Origin: Candidatus Desulfofervidaceae bacterium
GTDB lineage: Bacteria > Desulfobacterota > Desulfofervidia > Desulfofervidales > Desulfofervidaceae
DNA length: 64,000 bases
Direction of reading: 5' to 3'
Assembly: GCA_030262855.1 (NCBI GenBank)
Contig: JAJSZL010000002.1
Span: 1,234 to 65,233 of the forward strand
Shown here: piece after piece, positions 44,871 to 51,771 of the stretch
Layout: every line of letters begins with the position of its first letter
Position numbering within the stretch: the first letter of the stretch is position 1
The notes under the pieces: generated by a model
The model's database searches: none
Seen by the model: the letters and a program-made list of their open reading frames with translations, nothing else
Told to the model about the DNA's origin: nothing
Position numbers and translations under genes: made by a program

Positions 44871-45746
44871 CTAGATTATAAATGGGTCTATACCAAGGAA
44901 ACGCTCATGTTGGCTGCGATTTTGCAGAGGATGATAAATTACGCCATTCCAATCCCAAATAACCTTATTTCGGTATCTAATTTTTGTCGCGCACAGACGC
45001 TTTAAGAAAAGACGCCAAATAGAGATATAAGGATTAGAACAGCAATCCGCCTCATTACAGTCTCGTTCAGAACAGTCGTCACCGTTATTAAAATAATACT
45101 CACAACAAACTCTTGTGACGCCAGCAAATAAATCCACTATTTTTACCGAAGTGGCTAATTCTTTTCTTAAAGGGTCATGTTCCTTTTTGGAAATAAAATG
45201 AGGTCCAGACAGTTTTACTTGGTTAGTTCGAGCTAATTTTAAAATGGAGTCCCTAATCTGCTTTTCCCTAGAGATATTCCTATCTAAATACCATTTCAAA
45301 GAAGGAGCAGTAGGATATCTTCTTAGAACATAGTGACACCTCTTTGTAAAAGCAAAAATTCTCTTAAAACATAGCTCGTATCCCTGCCAGATATACCGTT
45401 CAAGTACGCTTTTATCTAATCCTGGATTTGTTCCAGTTTCTATTTTCTTTTTATCAAGGAAAAAAAAGGAAAAGATTAAAAAGCGGGTCTTTTCGAAAAA
45501 ATTGTCAATAGTATTAGCATAGAACTGATGTAAAAGTGAAGGATTACGTTTAACCGACCCTTTTAAATCAGACCACTTTCTCAATTGGGACTTCAAATAT
45601 GGCCTTGAAAAACGGCGGGCAATGTCATTCAATTCTTTTAAATCATTTTCGTCCCTGACAATTGCTATCGCTGATACAAAACTTCTTGTGCCTCCTCTGT
45701 AGGATACTCCAGTGTCTCCTGCTTCGTCTGAAATAGCAACGAACAT
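44871..45746 (-). CDS. DUF3800-family protein with a Cys-rich C-terminal region
   Basis: The start MFVAISDEAGDTG is typical of DUF3800 (xxxDESG). The C-terminal VCCEYYFNNGDDCSERDCNEADCCSNPY carries 7 Cys. The track's longer start (45821) would read through a GC-rich structured element. Confidence 0.6.
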   Translation of the reverse strand: MFVAISDEAGDTGVSYRGGTRSFVSAIAIVRDENDLKELNDIARRFSRPYLKSQLRKWSDLKGSVKRNPSLLHQFYANTIDNFFEKTRFLIFSFFFLDKKKIETGTNPGLDKSVLERYIWQGYELCFKRIFAFTKRCHYVLRRYPTAPSLKWYLDRNISREKQIRDSILKLARTNQVKLSGPHFISKKEHDPLRKELATSVKIVDLFAGVTRVCCEYYFNNGDDCSERDCNEADCCSNPYISIWRLFLKRLCATKIRYRNKVIWDWNGVIYHPLQNRSQHERFLGIDPFII

Positions 45747-46200
45747 AAAAACACCTCTGAATAAAAAAATGCCGCGTTTGCATCCCCCTCTGGGGATTGC
45801 GTCCCGACGCAGGCGGGACACGCGCGGCTTATTTATTTAATAATGCAGTTTAGCTTTTTTGTCAAGCACTTTTTACACAATGGGTAAAACCCTTGTTTTG
45901 AGTAGCCTGTCGTTTTTGTGCTTTATTCGTAAAGGGTGTAATGGCCGGACAGGTAGATTGACAGGTCTGTTGGCCTGTTAATCAAAAGGCTTGGCTGGTA
46001 GAAACAAGACATGATGGCCATAAATTACCAACACCATAGAAACACCTTTTAATTAACTTACTCAAATACCCGACGCTGTTATAAACCGTTCTGGGCAATA
46101 AAGAGGATATTAGGTGTAGATTATAAAGGATAATTATAGCAAGAATAGATTTTTTTTCTTGACAGAAAAAAGCGAGAGTGATAGGAGGTTAAAAAGAAAA

Positions 46201-46992
46201 ATGGTGCTAGAGAATAAAAGGAAGTTAGACAGTATTATGATATATCCTCAAATAGTTGATCTACCATTACTAGTTGATGCAACTAATTGGAGCTGGAGTA
46301 AAATGCAAGACACTAATTTCTGGATAGGTCATGAAATAAATGGAACAAAGTGGTTAGTGAAAGGACGAGGTAGCTTTTATGCCCTGAGAGAAAGGGCAGC
46401 TGCTTATTTGTTGCAAACAGTGGGTATAAATAGCCAGTCATCATCTTTTGTCATTCTTCCAGATAATTCTTTGCCTGTTGCAGAAAAGCCCGATATAGAA
46501 CGGTATCAGTTGGCTATTTGTTACATTGATGAGCATGTCGGCGATTGCGTAGATGGTGATAACTGTCCACTAAACAAACTGAATGAGCAATTCGATAACA
46601 CTTCGAAAAAAGTTTCTTTTTTAGAGACATGTTCTGTTAGTAATATAATTGATTGGGTCAAGTCAGAGGTGATGGCATACTTGTGTGGTGCTCATGAGCC
46701 ACCAGATAGATTATTTTCAAAAGACCACAGAATGTATGTAATCGATAATGAACAAATGTTCTCTACTAAACCGAGCAACCCTATAAAATGTACTTGGTTT
46801 GAGGAAGAATACGATGCAACTATGAATTTGACATTGGACCTCTGTGAACGGTTATCTAAAATAAATAAACGAGATATTCAGCTTTTCACAGCTATTCCAG
46901 ATGGATATGTTGTTGATAAATTATGGTCAATAACAGAGTTAATGGAGTCCACTGTGCAGTACGCAAAAGACTTTCTCAAGCAATATGGATAA
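46201..46992 (+). CDS. cassette 1: hypothetical protein, weakly HipA/lipid-kinase-like
   Basis: AGGAGG RBS at 46184-46189 with ATG 46201. The segments KWLVKG, ERAAAYLLQTVGI and GAHEPPDRLF...YVIDNEQMF are reminiscent of kinase catalytic/Mg loops. The functional call is low confidence. Confidence 0.55.
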   Translation: MVLENKRKLDSIMIYPQIVDLPLLVDATNWSWSKMQDTNFWIGHEINGTKWLVKGRGSFYALRERAAAYLLQTVGINSQSSSFVILPDNSLPVAEKPDIERYQLAICYIDEHVGDCVDGDNCPLNKLNEQFDNTSKKVSFLETCSVSNIIDWVKSEVMAYLCGAHEPPDRLFSKDHRMYVIDNEQMFSTKPSNPIKCTWFEEEYDATMNLTLDLCERLSKINKRDIQLFTAIPDGYVVDKLWSITELMESTVQYAKDFLKQYG

Positions 46993-47006
46993 TAAGGATA
47001 AAAAAT

Positions 47007-47075
47007 GTCTAACAAATCGCTCCACCTGACCGCTATTCTACTGTCCATAACGGCAGGTGAACTTAGTTGTTCAGC
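47007..47075 (+). repeat. attC-like site 1 (69 bp)
   Basis: R'' is GTCTAAC. Arms are CACCTGACCGCTAT / ATAACGGCAGGTG with an unpaired A. There are 9-nt spacers on both sides. R' is GTTCAGC. Confidence 0.75.
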
Positions 47076-47098
47076 AACAGATTGAAAATAGAGAGTAG

Positions 47099-48259
47099 AT
47101 GAGTATGAGTTTTGAAATTAATCTATGGAAAGAAGTTCTAGAGAAGAAAGCTTTCGACAATAATTATTTAAAGAATCTTGAAAATGAAATTGAAAAATCT
47201 TTATCATTTAGGTTAATTTCAAGGAAACAGCAACTAGAAAAACTAATAGAAGCCTATCAAAATGAACAACTTGTCTTAGTTCTTGGAGCAGGAGTATCAG
47301 TAGAATATGGTTTGCCGAATTGGGATGCACTGCTACAAAATCTTTTATTAACGAGTTTCAAAACAGAAACACAGCAACCACCTGAGAAATCTTTAATTCT
47401 TGCTAAATTATTTACGAAATTATTTTCGCCGAACCCTCTAATTGCGGCTAGATATTTGCGCAATTATTATAAACAAAACAAAAATACTTCAGTAAAAAAA
47501 TTTGAACAAGCAATTCGTGACACATTATATAAGCATTTAAATGAAAAAAAGAAATCTAATATTTTGTCTGAAATAATACAATTATGTGTTGCTCCTGGAA
47601 AAAGCCCAAACTTGGATAGTATTATAACATTCAATTATGATGACATTTTAGAGTCACATTTATCTCAATTAAACATTGAAATACCTTTTAAAACTATTTC
47701 GAAAGTTGGACAACGTCCGAAGCCAGGGGAGTTACCAATATACCATGTACATGGGTTTCTTCCCAGAGATGGTGATATTAGTGAAGATATTCAAATTACT
47801 CTTAGTGAGGATATATATCACCAACAATATAACAATATATATAGCTGGAACAATATTATACAACTAAATAAATATAGAGATAATGTATGTCTGTTTATAG
47901 GAATTTCGCTGTCTGATCCAAATTTAAGAAGATTGTTAGATATTGCTAAAGTTCAAAGAGGGAATGATGATCCAATTCATTTTATTATCCGTAAAAAATA
48001 TAATTCTTCTTTATTAGAAAATAATCTATCACAGATTCTTGATCAAAATCCAGATCTTTTAGATGAAAAGTCAAAAGCCAATCTTAAGCTTGATGAATCT
48101 GTAAAATATTTAGTAAGAGTTATGGAGAAGTTTGAAACACAAGATGATTTATCTTTTGGTATTAATACAATATGGGTTAACGACTATGAAGAAATTCCGT
48201 CTATTTTAAAATCGATTAGGAAAAGAGAACCAATAATTGGAAAGAATAAGCATAGCTGA
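47099..48259 (+). CDS. cassette 2: SIR2-like (SIR2_2 family) putative NAD+-hydrolase
   Basis: 386 aa with LVLGAGVSVEYGLPNW (dinucleotide loop), ITFNYDD (catalytic Asn) and IYHVHGF (catalytic His). The stop TGA lies inside the attC2 inverse core. Confidence 0.8.
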   Translation: MSMSFEINLWKEVLEKKAFDNNYLKNLENEIEKSLSFRLISRKQQLEKLIEAYQNEQLVLVLGAGVSVEYGLPNWDALLQNLLLTSFKTETQQPPEKSLILAKLFTKLFSPNPLIAARYLRNYYKQNKNTSVKKFEQAIRDTLYKHLNEKKKSNILSEIIQLCVAPGKSPNLDSIITFNYDDILESHLSQLNIEIPFKTISKVGQRPKPGELPIYHVHGFLPRDGDISEDIQITLSEDIYHQQYNNIYSWNNIIQLNKYRDNVCLFIGISLSDPNLRRLLDIAKVQRGNDDPIHFIIRKKYNSSLLENNLSQILDQNPDLLDEKSKANLKLDESVKYLVRVMEKFETQDDLSFGINTIWVNDYEEIPSILKSIRKREPIIGKNKHS

Positions 48260-48327
48260 ACAAGTTGCTCCACCTGACCGCTATTCCGCTGGCGCTCCAT
48301 AGCGGCAGGTGAGCTTGGTCTTTGGGC
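48255..48327 (+). repeat. attC-like site 2 (73 bp)
   Basis: R'' GCTGAAC is the exact complement of the GTTCAGC at the start of this cassette. Arms are GCTCCACCTGACCGCTAT / ATAGCGGCAGGTGAGC with unpaired C and A. The R' position reads TTTGGGC. Confidence 0.75.
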
Positions 48328-48338
48328 AGCAAAAAAGT

Positions 48339-49238
48339 ATGAATAAACTATATCTTTCGCCAAATAGTGTATCCAAGTTGTTATCAGATGAATCATGGGT
48401 AGAAACCTATTTCAAATTTTTTGAAGAAGCGGTTAATCATTTAGAAACCTGTAAATTCCCAGATAATGATCTTTTAAAAATACGCATTCTTGACCCCATG
48501 GGCCTGCGTTATTTGGACTATAGGAGTGAATTCCAGAGATGGATGTTGATAGCATACTACAAAAATAAAGGTTTGCTCAAAGCTTTCCATGATTTGGATA
48601 ATGACTTGAAATTGCACGATATGGCAAAGTCAAAATATGATGGAATTGAACTAGGACCAATTCCAGAAGATATCGCCCAGAATTTAAATGAAAAAGATCT
48701 TGATACGATAAGGAAAGCCAACATTATATTAGGCTACACAAAAATATCTATATTAAATACCTGCGGTCATTTTATTTCAGAATTATTCTTTTCATTTGAA
48801 GCAATGTGCAGAGTAATATGCATGTCTTCATGCCTTGAAATATTTTTAAAAACAATTACTCCAAATATCTCATTGCAACATCAGGATATATCAAAAGCTT
48901 TAAATCGTTTATCAAATCCTGAAAGAGATCGCGTTTTATGTAAAATGTGTAAAGCTGATTCTGTGTGTAAAAGTTATCCGGTTTTTCGATATTTAGCTGA
49001 TTTCTATTTGTTACTATATCATATGCGGATTATTCGAGATTATCGTAAAGAGTATTTTTTGACAGAAGGTTTAGCTAACAGACTTATTAATACATTTCTA
49101 TTGTATGGTTTCAGGGCAGTCTGTAAAGCTGAAAAGATCATGGGAAAATCAATTGGAAATAGAATGAGGTTTCCATTGTCTCTTTCTGAAGAAAAAGAAA
49201 ATGTTGAAATTATCTTATCCAAACTAAGACAGGTGTAG
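48339..49238 (+). CDS. cassette 3: hypothetical helical protein, no recognisable domain
   Basis: 299 aa from ATG 48339. The track's GTG 48309 lies inside attC2. Confidence 0.6.
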   Translation: MNKLYLSPNSVSKLLSDESWVETYFKFFEEAVNHLETCKFPDNDLLKIRILDPMGLRYLDYRSEFQRWMLIAYYKNKGLLKAFHDLDNDLKLHDMAKSKYDGIELGPIPEDIAQNLNEKDLDTIRKANIILGYTKISILNTCGHFISELFFSFEAMCRVICMSSCLEIFLKTITPNISLQHQDISKALNRLSNPERDRVLCKMCKADSVCKSYPVFRYLADFYLLLYHMRIIRDYRKEYFLTEGLANRLINTFLLYGFRAVCKAEKIMGKSIGNRMRFPLSLSEEKENVEIILSKLRQV

Positions 49239-49250
49239 TCTTATGACAAT

Positions 49251-49333
49251 GCCCAACAAGTTAGTGCACCAGACCGCCAACCCGCTGCGCCTTCGGCTTG
49301 CGGTTGTCGGTTAGGCTAGCTTTTGCGTTAGGA
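49251..49333 (+). repeat. attC-like site 3 (83 bp)
   Basis: R'' GCCCAAC is a perfect RYYYAAC and complements the TTGGGC at the cassette start. Arms are CACCAGACCGCCAACC / GGTTGTCGGTTAGG. R' is GTTAGGA. Confidence 0.7.
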
Positions 49334-49367
49334 AGAAATGTAGAAAAAAGAAAGTTAAGGAGAACGG

Positions 49368-49724
49368 ATGACATATTTCATAATTTCACTGATTTTCATG
49401 TTAGTAGGACGCAAACTTGGATGGTTTTTCAGTAAACGACTTTATACCACTTCATTCACAAGTATAGTTATTTTTGGTCTTATATGGGGAATTGTCGTGG
49501 CGGTAATAGTACGCAGTTTTATCATCTGGCAAAAACCAAGTTTGATTGTTCGATGGATTATGGGATTTGCCCTCGGAGCTTATGTTTCTATTCCAAATTT
49601 TGGACTTATGAACGAAGATAATATTTCAGATGAAATCATACGTGAACATGTTTTACTAAAGACAATCCCTGAAGTTACTTACATAATCGGATCGATTATC
49701 TTGGCTTATTTTGTGAAAATATAA
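49368..49724 (+). CDS. cassette 4: small integral membrane protein (3-4 TM)
   Basis: 118 aa with a GGAGAA RBS. The sequence is hydrophobic throughout. Confidence 0.6.
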   Translation: MTYFIISLIFMLVGRKLGWFFSKRLYTTSFTSIVIFGLIWGIVVAVIVRSFIIWQKPSLIVRWIMGFALGAYVSIPNFGLMNEDNISDEIIREHVLLKTIPEVTYIIGSIILAYFVKI

Positions 49725-49846
49725 GTGTTGTGAAAAAAGAGTGAAATGGGTCGAATTTTTATGGGCTGTTGCCTAAATCAAATCTTGGGTATTTTAGGGT
49801 TGTTGAGGTCAGGTCTTGAATTGTGAATTAGATAAAGAAAACAAAT

Positions 49847-49895
49847 TCCCAACAAACCGACCGATAAACGGCGCCGCTGAAATTGGGCGTTATGT
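49847..49895 (+). repeat. attC-like site 4 (short or partly degenerate)
   Basis: R'' TCCCAAC complements the TTAGGA at the cassette start at 5/6 positions. R' is GTTATGT. The internal arms are poor and it is only 49 bp. Confidence 0.4.
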
Positions 49896-50001
49896 ATACC
49901 TAAAAGGAAGCACCAATGGAAATTGACGAAGGAATAAAAAGGAAGTTTGAGATCTGATAAACATAGGCGATCAGCTAAAACATGGAAATGAGCATGGGCA
50001 A

Positions 50002-50577
50002 GTGCGCAGCGAGGCACATCGACAGGAGTGTATTGGCTGGCTTGCGTCAGCCCAAAACGTCGTCCATTTAGTTATAACAAACCCAAGTAATCCGTACAGG
50101 ACATGGGTAGATAAGATATGTAGCTCGGATCGAGGTTATTGTGTCCAAAAGTCGGTAGGCGAAGTCATCATGATCCTGAGGTTACTACTGCAAGATATCG
50201 AATCGGGCTTGTTGGCATCTATAGAGGATCAAACCAGGGCTTCTGTTTTTGATGATTTCTTAGATCATGCAAAAGAATACTTAAAACACAAGCGTAAGAA
50301 TGAAGCTGGTGTGATTGCTGGTGTTGTTTTTGAAGACACTTTACGGAGAATCTGCCGAAACGCGGGTATTACGGAAAAAGGTAAGAAACTAGACATATTG
50401 ATTGACAAGCTTGTAAAGGCGGGAATATTGACCCAGGTAAAAGCAAAGTGGGCTAAGGCCGCTGCACACGTCCGCACGAAGGCAACACACGCTCAATGGG
50501 ATGAATTCGAACTAGAGGACGTCAATACGACGATCAGTTTTACTGAAGAGCTAATACGCAAACATCTAAAACACTAA
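50002..50577 (+). CDS. cassette 5: HEPN-like (DUF4145-type) protein with an Rx4H motif
   Basis: C-terminal AAHVRTKATHAQW, where R158-x4-H163 is encoded at 50473-50490, preceded by helical repeats (VIAGVVFEDTLRRICRNAGI). The start is uncertain: GTG 50002 or ATG 50170. Confidence 0.55.
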   Translation: MRSEAHRQECIGWLASAQNVVHLVITNPSNPYRTWVDKICSSDRGYCVQKSVGEVIMILRLLLQDIESGLLASIEDQTRASVFDDFLDHAKEYLKHKRKNEAGVIAGVVFEDTLRRICRNAGITEKGKKLDILIDKLVKAGILTQVKAKWAKAAAHVRTKATHAQWDEFELEDVNTTISFTEELIRKHLKH

Positions 50578-50578
50578 T

Positions 50579-50632
50579 GTATAACAAGCAGCTTAACACG
50601 GACTAGCCAACCGGTTAGCCGTAGCGTTAGGC
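50579..50632 (+). repeat. attC-like site 5
   Basis: The outer inverse core GTATAAC pairs with the GTTATGT at the cassette start (5 W-C + 2 G-T). A nested GCTTAAC is also present. Arms are CTAGCCAACC / GGTTAGCCGTAG. R' GTTAGGC is a perfect GTTRRRY. Confidence 0.55.
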
Positions 50633-50677
50633 ACATAAACATGGTTTCATAAATTGATTGTTCTCGGAGGAGGAAAT

Positions 50678-50929
50678 ATGGACAAGTATACGAAATTTGT
50701 TCTTTCTGTAATTGCCATTTGCTTGATTGCGATAGTGATTAAGCTTTGGGAACCCAGACCTGTTTATAGTGGTTTTATGGATAAGGGGCCTACAATTGGT
50801 GATTTGATGAATCTTAGGAATCTAAAAGGCGCAAATCTAAAAAAAGAGAGAGAAAGAATTATAAGAAGCATTCCTATTGTGAAAGTATATGGGACCGTTG
50901 ATGTGTCAGGATCCGTATACTGCTATTGA
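50678..50929 (+). CDS. cassette 6: small single-TM protein
   Basis: GGAGGAGG RBS with ATG 50678. 83 aa containing one TM helix. Confidence 0.55.
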   Translation: MDKYTKFVLSVIAICLIAIVIKLWEPRPVYSGFMDKGPTIGDLMNLRNLKGANLKKERERIIRSIPIVKVYGTVDVSGSVYCY

Positions 50930-50950
50930 TGTCGAAAGAAATGAACCGTA

Positions 50951-51013
50951 GCATAACCAGCTGCTGAAGTCGGACTGGCAAATCCGCTGCGCTCCGTTGC
51001 CAACCGGTTACCC
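50951..51013 (+). repeat. attC-like site 6 (right boundary unresolved)
   Basis: R'' GCATAAC complements the TTAGGC at the cassette start at 5/6 positions. Arms are GTCGGACTGGCAA / TTGCCAACCGG. The R' candidates are GTTACCC (51007-51013) or GTATAAT (51016-51022). Confidence 0.5.
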
Positions 51014-51033
51014 GTGTATAATCATAGCCTGGT

Positions 51034-51063
51034 CAAAATAGCCCAAAATAGACCAAAATGACA
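51034..51063 (+). repeat. three tandem 10-mers (CAAAATAGCC CAAAATAGAC CAAAATGACA)
   Basis: Read directly from the sequence. Confidence 0.85.
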
Positions 51064-51396
51064 CCCAATTTGCATCCAGCTTTTAAGGTAAAAGTCGTTA
51101 GATCAAAAAGGTAAGTCAGATCCACTAGCCGCTTAGATTTCAGTTAGAAAAAGCTAGAAAAAGTGTGTTAGATGACTGCCTATTTCCTGCGTTTCCACAA
51201 CAACATGATAAGAAATAAAAGAGTGAGAAAAACAATGACAACACTTATGGCCAGGCTTTTAGGATCGTTTGAGGGGTTAGCGTGGGTTATCGTATGAAGA
51301 ATATAACTGTAGGGCAGATAAGGAAGTAATTCCATTTAGGGTATCAAAAGGAGCAAGCATATCCTCTTTTTTCATACCTGGCTCCTTATAAGTCAA

Positions 51397-51771
51397 TTAA
51401 ATGCCGATCTCCAGTGTTATCTTGCCATAATCCACGGTGGGAACCGTTCTTTTTCTATCGGTTTTTATCTTCTCTAATTTCACAAAACCCAAATCTGCCA
51501 GCAGTTTAACATCATCATTCACATTTTTTAAGTCTCTGCCAAGGATTTTAGCCAATTCATAGATAGAAGCGGGTTTATGTTTTCTAATAGCCCTTAACAC
51601 CTCAAGTCTTTTATCAGTCAGCACAGCCTTCAAAGCATCAATATTTTCAAAATAGACAGCTTCATGTCTTTTAACCTTCTCTCCCTTTTCCAATTTTTTC
51701 CAGGTAAGGGCAAACTCATTAAGGCTATCTTCTAGAGATTTAATGCCTATTTTAATATTTTTTACTTTCAT
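51397..51771 (-). CDS. winged-helix DNA-binding antitoxin candidate (TumA/HVO_A0114-like)
   Basis: 124 aa. RLEVLRAIRKHKPASIYELAKILGRDLKNVNDDVKLL is a wHTH. It overlaps the upstream toxin-like ORF by 4 nt. Confidence 0.6.
   Translation of the reverse strand: MKVKNIKIGIKSLEDSLNEFALTWKKLEKGEKVKRHEAVYFENIDALKAVLTDKRLEVLRAIRKHKPASIYELAKILGRDLKNVNDDVKLLADLGFVKLEKIKTDRKRTVPTVDYGKITLEIGI

Larger units (their letters stand above)
46150..51022 (+). mobile_element. integron-type gene cassette array without integrase in the window (CALIN-like), at least 6 cassettes
   Basis: Six co-oriented ORFs are each followed within 1-130 nt by a GC-richer imperfect palindrome. Each palindrome begins with an RYYYAAC-like inverse core at or next to the stop codon and ends with a GTT-type core. 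The first 6 nt after each core junction complement the inverse core at the end of the same cassette. Confidence 0.75.

Noticed and set aside
44871-45821. The divergent ORF at the array boundary as the integron integrase, and its long 316-aa form.
   Set aside because: It has no tyrosine-recombinase R..H..R..Y boxes and the N-terminus is DUF3800-like. The extra 25 codons of the long form run through the GC-rich structured element.
45935-46095. GC-rich palindromes (GGCCGGACAG...CTGTTGGCC; AGAAAC...GTTCT) as attI or the attC preceding cassette 1.
   Set aside because: There are no proper RYYYAAC/GTTRRRY boxes and no TTAGAC complementing attC1's inverse core. The left end of the array stays unresolved.
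49771-49800. Hairpin GCCTAAA...TTTAGGG after the cassette-4 ORF as an additional attC.
   Set aside because: It is only a simple 6-bp hairpin with no second arm pair and no core boxes. It may be a small terminator.
49778-50017. Track ORF 49778-50017 (-), 79 aa.
   Set aside because: It spans attC-like site 4 and the cassette 5 leader on the opposite strand. It has no RBS and is likely spurious.
50591-50632. The nested GCTTAAC...GTTAGGC as the complete attC5.
   Set aside because: It pairs well, but 42 bp is shorter than known functional attC sites, and the outer GTATAAC better fits the cassette-start complementarity test. It is reported as an alternative only.
51185-51349. 54-codon minus-strand ORF (MELLPYLPYSY...SLAISVVIVFLTLLFLIMLLWKRRK) with a C-terminal TM plus basic tail.
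   Set aside because: It is below the track threshold, has no RBS-quality evidence and no sorting motif upstream of the TM helix. Not annotated.
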